64,000 nt of DNA from Fistulifera solaris (GCA_030295235.1 AP026134.1:1116001-1180000); one strand, 5' to 3'; numbered from the stretch's first letter, positions 10,526-22,498 are shown. The notes: generated by a model not told the origin, from the sequence alone. Translations and numbers: made by a program.

Positions 10526-12043
10526 AGACTCTTAATGATTAAGAATAAGATTATGCTTCAATGAACCACCTAGTTCCATGAACAAAGGATACAACATGTT
10601 TTGCTACTTAATTAGTAACTTACTGAAACAGATACGCTGTTGCGAAATTGGCTAAGGATGTATAGAAATGTAAACACCAAGCATCGAAAGTTATGCTGAA
10701 CGAAGTCACAACTCATTCCTGTTTCGACGAAGTCCTTGATAATAAAGAAACATGGCTAGAATTTATTAACGTAGTAACGCATATCTCGACCTTTACATAT
10801 GAATCCAATGAGCAGGCTACCTCGTAGTTCTACTTGCAGAATAAAGACGGTTACAAGAAATTATCTGCTCGGATCGTTCTTTACTGTTTCGACATTGACT
10901 ATAGAATCGGAGTCTAACCTTGGTACGACTGATTTTAGTCATGAATCACTGGCTATATTCGATTCTTTAGTCCTCTTACATTTACATGCGTCAGCCGCAA
11001 CAAATCCTTTCAATCGCTTATTTTCAAAGCTTCCACTATCATGTAGCTATGTTGGCAATGCGATCCTTGACTATTGATGTCCCAAATTTGCTCGGGTCGT
11101 TCCCTTTGTGTATCGACAACCAGTAACACCGGTACCGGTACCGGTATCGTGCAAGCAGGGTTCGTCGTCTCGGCGTTTCCATTATCTGTACCAGGTATCG
11201 GTACCGTAAGGGAGTTTGTCCACACCATCACGAAACACCACCTCTATCAGTATTTCTGTCAGTTTCGGAAGAACGTATACACAGATTTTCTGCGGACTTG
11301 AAGAAACTAGATGCACAGAGGCCCTTGTTTCGAGACCATGTTCACGAAGTTTCTTGTCAGCATTGCTATTTTCAGCTACCGTTTTAGACTATAACTATTT
11401 GTACTGTTTATGTTGGCAATGCGTCCCTCGACCGTTTAAGTCGCAAAAGTTTCCAGATCATGAACGTTTCATGTGGAGAAAAGGCGTTCGTCGCCATGCG
11501 CTTCTGTATTGTGATTCGTGATACAATTTAAAACAAATCATGCGAAATTCCTTGCTCCTCCAATCAGCCTTGTAGAAATCCTACGACATGGTACGTACAA
11601 ACGCAAGACCAGGCAGGCGCGACATGTCCATTCAAACAGAAACTAGCGGTTGATATTTTTCAAATGGTTATATATATATACGTAATTCAACAAAAGGATA
11701 TAGGTCACATCAACTGATTTTGCTTTAGTAAAGGGTACTTCTGTCAATAAGTAAAAAACTTGCTCGCATCGGTCGGGCGCATTCTGTCATCCATTTGAAA
11801 TCACAATATCGGGTCTACTTGTCTTGTGGCATTCGACGGCGTTAAAATCTTCCACCTTCATCCTTCATCGTCTTGATTTCTGCTTGCGTAACAATAGAAA
11901 AGGCTTGGATAAGCGACGCACGTAAACTGTTGCTGTGTTAACTAGTTTGTTGTGTTAAAAGGGCGCACCATTGTACGGTTTGCGACGCTGTTTCTCCTTC
12001 TCTGTCAATTCCTTAGCCTAGCAAGGACTGCCCGCTTTGTGCT

Positions 12044-14603
12044 ATGATGAGTGAACCAAACGATGAGAACAACAAGAACCAAAGCGCACCATTAAAGCCT
12101 GAAGCAGTAGCATCTACAAATACAGCAGGAACAGTAGAAGTAAGCAAAGAGACCGTCAACGCGGAGGTGCCAGTGAAAAGACGAAACCGAGAAAGAGCAA
12201 TGCGAAGAAGAATGCCGCGGAGAAACGAAACAAAAGGCAACCAACCGAGGCTATCCTCCAGGAATGCCTCATCATGGTATGAAGTATCATCATCCACCCC
12301 CTTACATGTCGATGGCGCCCTACGGTATGCACGGCCCACCGCCTCCGTACGGCAAAGGACCTCCTGGAAACGCTTACAAAGGAGCTCCTTACCCTCCGCC
12401 GCCTCACTACCCCCATGGCCACATGACGTCGTATCCTCCTCCTGGAGCTTACAAATATCCTCCCCCGCCCCACTACATGCACGGCGGTCCACCGAACTAT
12501 CATTATCCGTATCCTGGAGTTGGGGGAGTGCCCGGTGCACCCGCCAACACCGCTGCAAATACAACCAAAGCGAAGGGTGGCAAGAAAAAGAAGAATTCAG
12601 CTGCTGCAGCTCTTCCTCCGAGTGCACCCGCTCATGCGCATCCTCATGTTCTTGCTCCTACGATGAAGGCTCTTCCGAGTATACATGATTCACGTGGCAT
12701 GGGGGCTCTGGCGCAAGTTGGAAGTACACCCAGTGGGGCATCGGATCCACCGTCGGCCATGAACACGCCCGTTCACAAATGGACCAAGGAGGAAGAAAGT
12801 ACAATCAAAAAGTTTGTTGAGGAAAAAGGAGAAGATGACTGGAATCAGCTAGCGGAACAGATGCCCAATCGTACACCCAATGAAATCAAAGATCGGTATT
12901 ACAAAATGACAAGAGGTGCTTCATCGGTAAAAGGGGCTTGGACGGAAGACGAAGACGCCAAAGTTATGGAGCTGGTGGGTAAACACGGAGCCCGCAAGTG
13001 GTCTGTCATTGCTAGCCATCTCCCAGGCCGTGTCGGTAAACAGTGTCGCGAGCGCTGGCACAACCATCTGAACCCTGAAATCAGCAAAGAAGCGTGGACA
13101 TTGGAAGAAGATCGAACCATTCTTGAGTGTCATATTCGTGTTGGGAATCGCTGGGCTGAAATGGCTAAGCTGCTTCCTGGAAGGTATGTATTTATTCATT
13201 GTGTTGAACGTCAAAAGTATTGAAACAGCACTGGCACTCATTCGAAATCACACATCAGGACCGACAATGCCATCAAAAATCATTGGAACTCTTCCATGAG
13301 AAGAAAAATTGAAAAGTACTTGGCCAAGATTCGGGGCTGCGAGCCAGATGACATCGAGCCCGCGGAAGACGGAAGATACGAGTTCTACGGAGACTTTGAA
13401 GGTGTGTTAGCCGCTGTCCGTGGAAGCGAGCCTCCAAGTACAGAGGGAAAGAAAAAGATTAGTTCGACCGAACGACGTGCGGCAATTGTAAAGAAGGGAA
13501 ACAACAATGGTCTGCCTCTGCCGTATTATCACTACACGCCGTACATGCCTCCTCCCGGAATGTATCCGCATCATCCGATGATGGGTCACATTCTTCATAA
13601 CCGAAGCCATCCGTTCACTCCTTGGGCAAATCCAGCAGACAGAGATACTCGGCCAACCACATCCCCTGCTGCTCGTACAGGTTCGGGCGTTGGTACCCCT
13701 ATCCCGGCTCTTGACGACTCAGTCCCTTATGACGAAGGCAACTTGACGACGGTAAAGAAAACTGTGTTCGATTATACTTTCGGCTCTCCTCAGCCACGCA
13801 GTTCCAGTCCTGTTCCCATGAGTATACAAGGAATGACACCACCTTTGTCGTGCTTAAAAGACATTTTTGCTACGCCGGGTCCGCTGGAGCTTCTCAGACG
13901 ATCGCCAGATGCCGGGATGAGTTTGAACAAATCTCTTTTCACTGACGGTTCGTCATCGCTGACCCCATTTGCGAAGACACCAGGGCCAAAAGACCAGTCT
14001 CCTATGAAGCCCATTCGCATCAGTATGACTGGTGAGAATGATAATAGCTCGCTCATACTGAACATGCGACTTGGAGGACAGGTCGGTATCTCTCCACTTC
14101 AAAAGCGTTCTAGTCAGCGCTTCGTCTTCAGTGACGAAGGAACATTCGAGAAAGAAAGAACCGCAGAGTTCGTCGATTCCGATAAGCAAATGATGCCTCC
14201 ACCTACTTCTGCTCGCCCAAAGGAGATTCTCTCTTCCCGAAAATCTAGTCACAACGAAGACATGTTCAGTATGTCACTAGACTCTTCCGAACAGACCCCA
14301 AGACCTATTTCACAGACTTTGTCGCCAAAACTGACTGGTTCGATCACCAAAAGTAACCGCGTCAAGCATCTGGCCGCCACGCCTTCGACTGCTGCAACTG
14401 TCGAACAATCGTTTTGGAGCGACCAGATTGATATGAGTCCTGTTCCGACGCTTAGTCCTTTTCAAACTCCTTCCGTTGGTATTAAAACGGAGCACGACGC
14501 AATTGTATCGCATGGTGAATCTACGAAAAAAGTACGACCGTGTGATTCTGTAGACGCGTCCCACCCGTCCAAACGAAGAAAAGAGGATCTTTCTAACCAA
14601 TAA
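12044..14603 (+). CDS. Three-repeat MYB (MYB3R-type) transcription factor
   Basis: Repeats KWTKEEE.., KGAWTEDED..WSVIASHLPGRVGKQCRERWHNHL and KEAWTLEED..GNRWAEMAKLLPGR|TDNAIKNHWNS (intron 13184-13258). Pro/Tyr/His-rich N-terminus and SP/TP-rich C-terminus. A probable indel near 12170-12260 joins the ATG at 12044. Confidence 0.9.
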
Positions 14604-14705
14604 ATTGAATCGCACTATAAATTCACTATTTTAAAAGAAACAGATTTGTTTTGTATTTCTATTCACACCAGGTATCGCTCTTGAACTGATTGACCCAAAT
14701 GCACT

Positions 14706-16199
14706 CTAGTGCAGGGTAATGAGCAATGCGATAACTGCACCAGAATAATAGATGCTCCACATCGATAGACCGCCGGAGGATGTCTGGGGCTCAGCTACTG
14801 TCGCTCCGGCTGGCGGTTGTGCGACCGGCTGACTGGCGGGGTTTTCTGCAACAGGCGCATCGACGGGGGCCTCCGCGACGGGAGCTGCGACTGGCGATCC
14901 TGCTACTGGGCTATGAACGGGTAAATCGAAGTCCTCTTGAAGACACTCAAAGTTGTATGGTAGAATGGAATGCTTGCCTTCGGCCGTGCATTGACCCGGC
15001 TCTCCTTCATCGTGGGTAAAGACATTACGAAACCATCGACCACCTGGAAGAGGTGATGTCGTTCCCACCACAGAGCAAAAGTCCTGAACAACGTCGTAGT
15101 AGCTCGCGTAACGTTCTTCGTACCAGGCATTCGGTCCTGCACCAAGATAGTCAAAGACTTGTTCGTTCTGAACCGCCTTCATAACCGATAGTTCCGTTTC
15201 AAATTCTGCGAACGTTGCTTCCCAGTTTGGCGCTGGGAAAATCCAGTGATCCGCGTCTTTGCCGAATTCGACCAGTTCCGCGACGTTCATATACTTAGTA
15301 CCGCAGGCTTCGACGGAATAGGAGAGGGATCCGTCGTCGTCTGAGAGAATATCTGCGGAACACGAGGAAGCAAATTCGCAGTAATAGTTGGGGCATTTGG
15401 CAACGCTCCATCCCAGACAATAATCACTGTAGTATGCCCAGAGAACTGTAGGAGGGTTGGGTAGATCTGCCTCAATACGACCAGCATTCTCGGCCACACA
15501 CTGGTAACGATCTGCCGCTGCTTCAACGGCTTCGTTCGCCACAGATTCTAAATTAAAGAACGTGCTGTAGAACTTGACCCACTCGAAAATGCCCGCGTTG
15601 GTGAGTTCGGCGTAAAAGCTAACCTTGACGTAGGTATCAACGCCCGGGATTTCAGTTTGAAACGGACTGACAAAGGCAACGGACACATTATTTAAGATTT
15701 CCATGACTTGGTCCGCGGATGTAGGCTGGTTCTGCAACAAGTCCGGACTCGTATCATCTTCCGTTCGATCAACCAAAACTACATTGCCTGCGGTGACCTC
15801 ATCTCTAAAACAAGGCGATGAAATGAATTGTGGGTCCGTCAAGAAGACTTTGATAGCTTCGACTTGGTCCAACTGCTCGAGCATGGGTATGTGAACGACT
15901 TCATCAATCGCGACGTGCGGAGCAATCGGTATCTGGATCACTTCGTCGTACAAATCTGTTTCTTCTGGAGGTGTTGTACCGCATTGATAGAGCAGATAAG
16001 ACGAGTTGGAGTCAAGGTTACGAAGGATTTTGTACGTGTTGTGATAGGACACGGACCAAAGTGCAGAATCCTCCGCCGTTACCTTGTCCGGAAAGTAATC
16101 CACATCGGTCTCGACTGTCGTAAGACATTCCGTGGGATTCTGAGCTTTGACTGATGTAGCGACAGTGGCAACAACTAGAGCAACAATGAGCAATTTCAT
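14706..16199 (-). CDS. CBA1: Cobalamin acquisition protein 1-like (periplasmic-binding-protein fold), secreted or membrane-anchored
   Basis: Signal peptide MKLLIVALVVATVATSVKA. VDYFPDKV..WSVSYHNTYKIL.N....YLLYQCGT and EWVKFYSTFFNLE match the CBA1 family. C-terminal PVA-repeat linker plus hydrophobic tail. Confidence 0.8.
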   Translation of the reverse strand: MKLLIVALVVATVATSVKAQNPTECLTTVETDVDYFPDKVTAEDSALWSVSYHNTYKILRNLDSNSSYLLYQCGTTPPEETDLYDEVIQIPIAPHVAIDEVVHIPMLEQLDQVEAIKVFLTDPQFISSPCFRDEVTAGNVVLVDRTEDDTSPDLLQNQPTSADQVMEILNNVSVAFVSPFQTEIPGVDTYVKVSFYAELTNAGIFEWVKFYSTFFNLESVANEAVEAAADRYQCVAENAGRIEADLPNPPTVLWAYYSDYCLGWSVAKCPNYYCEFASSCSADILSDDDGSLSYSVEACGTKYMNVAELVEFGKDADHWIFPAPNWEATFAEFETELSVMKAVQNEQVFDYLGAGPNAWYEERYASYYDVVQDFCSVVGTTSPLPGGRWFRNVFTHDEGEPGQCTAEGKHSILPYNFECLQEDFDLPVHSPVAGSPVAAPVAEAPVDAPVAENPASQPVAQPPAGATVAEPQTSSGGLSMWSIYYSGAVIALLITLH

Positions 16200-16860
16200 G
16201 ATGACTGTTCGCAAGAAAGATATAGAGGAATCTCAATTTGTGGGCCCTTCATTCTTTGTGATCGGATATCGGATCGGCGGAAAAACGAAAGATACAGGTT
16301 TACTTGTTGTTTGTTTGGTTCTGCGAAAGTCGTCCTCTTCGAGAACGTGCTCCGCTCACCTGCGTCAGGACGTCGTCGGTCGAGGGTGCTGGTTTGTAAT
16401 TAATAAGACATCATTGTGAAGTGGATACGTAGTAAGACTAGGTTCTTGACGCTTACAGAGACTTTACATATACGGAGTAATAAAAAACTTTTTAGTTGAA
16501 AAGCATATTTCGGCTGTTTAAGCTCTCTAGGAAAGCAATGGAAGGATATTTCGTCAATTAGCTCGTGACTGAAATGCAGTCGCGTCGAAAGGTTCGTCGC
16601 CTACACATCAGTTTGATACCGTAGTTACCTTAAGGAGCGGTAATCAAACTTGTTTCGTGAATACCTCCTAATAAAATAAAAGCAACGTGTGGTACCGTAT
16701 ACTTTGTACCGAAGATTGTCTCATTGACCGCGCACCCATTGAGGTCGATCGTACCAGCTACTTGTACAAGTACTTGTATTGCAAAGCAACAAGCACGAGG
16801 GTAGTACGTGTAATCGATGATTCTCTCGATTATTCGCAAACCGACACAAATACCAGTAGT

Positions 16861-18562
16861 ATGCGAGAAAAGGCACGCAAACGATCTGCCGAATCATCCC
16901 CAAGCATTGCAATAATTGGTTCCGGTTTAGCCGCTTTGTCGACGGCCATCTTTTGTGAGCAAGCCGGATACTCGGTGGATTTGTTTGAGCGTGATAACTA
17001 TCTGGGAAGCCGTTCCGAAGGCTACGGATTAACGTTGAAATACGATCCACGGGGTATTTTAGCTCAATTGGGAGTTCTAGAAGATGTTTGTGATGCGGAT
17101 TGCCCTTCGCGATCGCATTATTTGTTGCGTCACGATGGAGTCGTTTTAGGTTATTTTGGGAATGCGTTTTCCGGTGACAACCGTGGTTGGGGACAGAGAG
17201 GAAACTTGAGATTACCGAGACAGAAATTACGAACGATGTTAATTGACAAACTACAAGATTCTAAAATTCATTGGGGACATGAGCTTGTTGCGATGAAGAA
17301 GCAAGGTGACGGCATGGAATTGACGTTTTCGAACGGGAAAATTGTGAAAACGGATTGGGTGATTGGTGCAGATGGTATCAATTCAAAAGTTGTTCGGTGT
17401 GTATTACCCGATACGTCACCACCGCGTCCTTTAGGAGTTCATTTGACTTTGGGACTGACAGAACCGTCGAACGATGTGATCGATCCCTCACTGCTTTTCG
17501 AGAGGGGATTCTACACTTTGAAACCAGGACATCGTCTTTTGTCATGCCCTATAGCAGTCCTGATGCAATCGACCAGACAAGGCCTGTTCGATATATGTGG
17601 CAACTAACGGTGAACAGCAATCAAACAGAACGAAAGGCTCAACAGCAGGCATTAAACGAAGCCCATGCGATTTGCAAGGACTGGCATCGACCCGTGCCGC
17701 AACTCATACAATCCACACCGCCTAATTCGGTGTGGTCTTCTCCTTGTTTGATCGAGATCCCAACGAACTATATGAGAGCTTTCTTAAGTTACACGTCCGC
17801 AACCAAGAACATCCAACGCCTGTACTTCTCGTCGGTGATGCGCTACACGCCATGTCTTGCTTCAAAGGACAAGGTGCTCATCAGGCTCTCCTTGACGGAA
17901 GATGCGTAGCGAAATGGTTGTTTGCGCAAGCGTCAAGAAAAGGCAAATTACAATCATGTTGGCGTGAACTTGTCCAGCGGTCCGCTCCCATTGTGCAGGA
18001 CAGTCGAAAAGCGGCAATGGAATGGCACGAGGAATCGATTGTTGAAAACGGGGGCCATTCGTTGGCTGGCTGCTCCAATAGCAGCACGCTATTAGCGGAA
18101 TTAGATCGTCAAAATATACGTGCTGGAAACGTTGTCGATTTGGATATGGCGGTTGGACAAGTGAAGTTGCACATGGATAAGCTCTCCGATATACGTCAGG
18201 ATTGTGAAGCGGACAAATCATTGTCTTCTCCGGTCCCAACACAATGGTGCAACGATGTTTGGACTGCCATAAAGAAGTCCGACTTGTTTACTTTACGAGA
18301 ACTATCGTGGAAAGCGAAAAATTGCCGATGGATGCAATGTTTGATCGATGATGATGGATGCACGTGTCTTCACGTTGCTGCAGCGCATGATACAAAGGGG
18401 ACTGTCGTACAATGGCTTGTTCGTGAAGCTGGATGCTCATTGCGATTACGGAACAAAATGGGAGAGCTGCCCATAGATTGTGCTGCAGAAGAGACCACTA
18501 GCTTGATCATGCAAAGGTTGGACGAACATGCCTCGGGTCAAACGGATTGGTCACGACAATGA
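16861..18562 (+). CDS. FAD-dependent monooxygenase (aromatic hydroxylase/UbiH-like) with a C-terminal ankyrin repeat; two frameshifts
   Basis: IAIIGSGLAAL (GxGxxG-like), VIGADGINS (DG motif) and LLVGDALHAMSCFKGQGAHQAL (GD motif). Ankyrin-like DDDGCTCLHVAAAH...VVQWLVREAGC..RNKMGELPID. Indels near 17540 and 17740. Confidence 0.85.
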
Positions 18563-18831
18563 CAGTACCCCCAGCCACCTGTCGTGCACGCATACGTTAG
18601 AGCTGTGTTTACAAAGGGTTACATGATTGTAAAATTAAGAAGTACTATGCTATTTTAAAAAATATTCTAGGCAGGTGTTATGGATAAGTGAGCCAAATGG
18701 ATCTCTTAACCATTTGCTCGATTGAATGATGCGAGTGCGGTGGTCAAAAGTTACGACAGAATGCAGGCAAGCGACCATAATACGGCAGAAATGGAGCTGT
18801 AAATATCATGCTTAGCAAGGCAGGCAGTCTT

Positions 18832-21091
18832 TCAAATGTTATTGCCTGTAACCAAAGATATACCCGGCTTCGATGGTTCATCTTTCCGCCTCGAGGAGTT
18901 AATCAGGTGTTTTGATTCAAGAGGTTTTTTCTCCCAATTAACCTTCCAGTTAAGATACAGCATAAGGAAGAACGACATGATTGAGAGAATTGCAAACATG
19001 AAGCCCGGAAGCGCTATGTTGGGTATCGCACGGAATGGTGATAATGGGGCATTCAACTCGTAAGCGCTTGGAAAAGTGTCTTTCATATCCTGAGACATGC
19101 AGTGTGGACCAGTAAATCCCTCCTCGCATACGCAGACAGATCCCATAAATGACTCCAGACCAAAAAGACCACCGTGAGCGACCTCTGAAGAGCATTTTCC
19201 TCCCCCATGAACTTCCATTACTGATTCCAATCGACGCCCTGCCTTGGTAGATAAATCAGATGATAAAGACTTTTCAAAGGCTGCAGTAAAGTTCTTCCTC
19301 ACAACATTGCCACCGCAGTCTGCATCCGATGTACAAGTACCACCTCCTCGTGGGACTTTTCGAAGGGGTCGGGTATCCTCAAACGAAAACGGGGGATTTC
19401 GCATGTAATGGTAATAGTGGCCTTCAATCCATTCTTTCGTAGGGTATTCTGGTGGGTCACAACCGAGTGTATGGGGTTGCCCAACGTGAGCAGCATCATC
19501 GCTACTCTGGTAAAGCCGTATGTGGTCGATGTACATGGCAGTCTTACCCGACTCGAGCATTTGACAGTATCCAGGGTAGAACGAACACGCACACTGCGGA
19601 TTAGCGCAGTCAAAACAATCTTTCGGGCACCATTCAGGGCGATCATATGGAAAGCCCCATGTTGAAGAAACAGCGACATTCATGATGAAATAAGAAGGCT
19701 CGATGGGAATTTGTGATCCAGTGAGTTCTTCCAGCGACTTGTCTTCGATGCCAAATGCGTGTACCCATTCTTCCCCTTTCCCGTCCCCTTCCACGTAAAT
19801 TGTTCCATTTTCATTTTCAATTTTATGAGATTTAACAAACCAATCGAGTCGGCCACCTCTGCCGGGTTGCCACTCTAGTCGAAATGTGTGCGGTTTCTCA
19901 AAATGAGCCGGCGTAAGCTCGTGCACTACACCGACTGCATCAGCTTGAAAAGCTTGTTTTTTGGTGCGACTAACAGGTTCATTCGGTTTCGTTTCTGCCA
20001 TGTAAGTTCCGTAAAAGAATGGGTTGATGGAGGTATTACCAGCATACATGAGTCCATCATACCACGTGTCGGCGAGAAATTCCGTGTGCCCGTTCTTCGA
20101 TAGCACATTTTTGCGCTTCGGCAGAGCTCCCGATTGGGGACGATTCTTTGTTACTCCGGGTGCAACCTATTGTTTCGGGTAAGTAATTGTTACTTAGCTG
20201 CGGAAAGAATTCTCACAAACAAGACTTACCTGAAGAGTCATATCGCAGTATGGGTAAGAAACACCGGGCTTTGTACCAGGAATAGGACCATCGGATGAGC
20301 CGGTCATCACTTCCACAATATCAATTTCTGTTGCACCTCTTCCTTGCTTCGGATGCATACCGTAATGGTTCTGCGCATTACACGCCGAAATAGTCTGAGC
20401 TTGCTGCAATTCCCGGTCGCATTTGTTGTAACTCCACGGCCACAGATTGTTCGTACTTGGTTCATAGGTTGCTCGTCCTAAATTTCCCAACATCCAAATA
20501 GCAGGCCACAACCCCCCAATGTACGCTTCCCCGGGAAAAATGACATCGACCTCAACGATTCCCCCCTGTGAAGCAAAACTTTTCCCAGCTTTGTACCATG
20601 CCCGAAGTAAAATTCTTGATTTCATGTTTCCATTCCTTTTGATGTGATCATAGCGATTCCATTCGGTTCTCTCTAGATAAGTAGCAATCCGAAGAAAGCC
20701 ATTTTTTGTCGTGACAGCTGATGAATTGTAAAATTGCATCGATCCACCTCCAGCAGAACTAGCATCATCATCGGATTTGTCGAGTGCTGTCCACAATGGA
20801 TCGTGGCCATCTTTGAAGGTGCGGTTCTCTACATTAAATTCGTCCGACATGACCTTTGGTGAAGCAAATAATGAATGAGATAGGTTAGCGGTGGTGTTGT
20901 GCTTTACAACTGGAGAAGAAGAAAGAGAAACGTACCAAATGATACGTCGTTCCGTCGATGAGAGACGTAGTTGTTCGCTTATCGAGAGGCGTTTCTATAT
21001 CGATAAAACTACCCGATGATATACGAATAATCGCTAGGGTCACCATTAATGAACCCATCGTAGCATGGCTAATCGAGAGAAACATTCTCAT
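18832..21091 (-). CDS. KRE6/SKN1-type GH16 beta-glucan synthesis-associated protein (TGS-like 1,6-beta-transglycosylase)
   Basis: YHL|VMSDEF (intron 20854-20935), GLWPAIWMLGNLGRA, GRGATEIDIVE (GH16 ExDxxE), TLQ|VAPG (intron 20167-20229), IPIEPSYFIMNVAVSSTW and YIDHIRLYQ. An EGF-like CVCEEGFTGPHC and a C-terminal TM follow. A compensating indel pair at ~20640/20565 masks FTSGMVQSWEKFCFTGG. Confidence 0.9.
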
Positions 21092-21569
21092 GCTTTTCTG
21101 ATAACACAACCGAAGTTATATGGCGGCGAAACGTGTTTCTTACGTTCAGCTAAAAGGATTTTCGATTGCGATCTCCTCTTTGCGTGACGAGAACGCTAGA
21201 TTCGATACATTCAAAGAAAAACAATGAAATGAGTCTTCGGTTCAACGAAGAATTGTAGCACCGAAAAGTGTTTTATCTTTCTCTTCTTGAATTGCAAAAC
21301 GACGACGCACTATTTTGCCTGTTGCTATTGACTATTGAAGTCAAAACAACAAAGTTTTGTTCTACGTCACACAGAGAACGACACCAAGTGGCAAGCGGCA
21401 CCAACGCACAACAAACGGACGACATTGACCGTATTGCATGCGTTGCTTGCATGTTTTCGTTTGAACGATAACCTTATACGGAATTACAGGCTAACTAATA
21501 TCATTACTTAGTGCGTCGCCATTATTTGCACTCTGCACTATGAAGTGTGGTCGCATCTTAATTTTTCTT

Positions 21570-21705
21570 TTGACATTCGACTGAAATTTCCATTTTTCGT
21601 TTCATTTTGTCAAATATATACCAATCTCCAATCTGGCACTTCGCTGTGAGGAGGCTCTGGTTCTAGTTCTAGCTCTAGCGCCAGGTGCTGGTAGAAGTAG
21701 AGGGC
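21570..21705 (-). mobile_element. Diverged copy of the 3' end (last codons + 3' UTR) of the CRE-like retrotransposon at 49-51 kb
   Basis: The reverse complement shares collinear blocks with 50922-51030: GCCCTCTACT; TAGAACCA(G/A)AGC(C/T)T(C/A)CTCA; GAAGTG(C/T)CAGA(T/C)TG; TATAT; GAAAA(A/G)TGGAAA(T/A)TTCAGTCGAATGTCAA. Confidence 0.8.
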
Positions 21706-21721
21706 AAGCTTGATGAGTGTC

Positions 21722-22311
21722 GGTCTCCAGAATTTCTGGACCAATCACCAATCTACAGATTTAACATGGTCCAGAATTTCTGGACCAATATACAGATTTG
21801 CTCTATGAGTAAATACACCGTTTCCAGAAATTCTGGATCTACCCAAAGTTTATGTATGACCAACAAATACACCATTTCGAAGAATTTTTGGAAAATCCCA
21901 GCATTTCTATATTACCAAATACATCGAGTCCAGAATCTGTGAACATACACAGAATTCCTGTATGATATTTAACATGGTCCAGAATTTCTGGACCAACATA
22001 CAGATTTGCTCTATGAGTAAATACACCGTTTCCAGAAATTCTGGATCTACCCAAAGTTTATGTATGACCAACAAATACACCATTTCCGAGAATTTTTGGA
22101 GAATCATAGCATTTCTGTATTACCAAATACATCGAGTCCGGAATCTGTGAACATACACAGAATTCCTGTATGATATATTTAACATGGTCCAGAATTTCCG
22201 GACCAACATACAGGTTTGCTCTATGAATACACCTCCTCCAGAATTTCTTGATTGCAGTCTAGACAGGAATTCTTTAGGATAAAATACACCGTCTCCAGAG
22301 TTTTTATGGAT
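21722..22311. repeat. Tandem array of ~12 monomers of ~52 bp arranged as a 208-210 bp higher-order repeat (~2.3 copies); palindromic core TCCAGAA-T-TTCTGGA
   Basis: Near-identical higher-order units start at 21759, 21967 and 22177. Monomer starts AAATACA(C/T)C at 21811, 21865, 21917, 22019, 22073, 22125 and 22282. Confidence 0.93.
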
Positions 22312-22498
22312 AGTTTTGGTTCTGTCATAGGGATAGGACATAGACTAAGTATGATAAACTCTCAGCTAATGTTTTTATTATACGACGAAATGCCGTTGTA
22401 CTGGTAATCGTAGAAAGTCGCAACAGTTCTTGTTTATGTCAGCTACATATAAACATCAAAGTAGCACTTTTATTGCTTTCTTAAAAGTTATGAACATA

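Noticed and set aside
11128..11210. ACCGGT/GGTACC short palindromic repeats
   Set aside because: Short simple repeats with no larger structure. Similar GTAC-rich words occur in several intergenic regions.
12013..12688. Long alternative-frame and antisense ORFs over the MYB N-terminus (and similar shadows over other genes)
   Set aside because: Explained by Pro-rich, GC-rich codon bias and by frameshift errors in the real gene.
21722..22311. CRISPR array (palindromic ~27-bp repeat + ~25-bp variable segment)
   Set aside because: The variable segments recur every fourth unit and resemble one another, the repeats are degenerate, no cas genes are present and the context is eukaryotic. It is better described as a higher-order tandem repeat.
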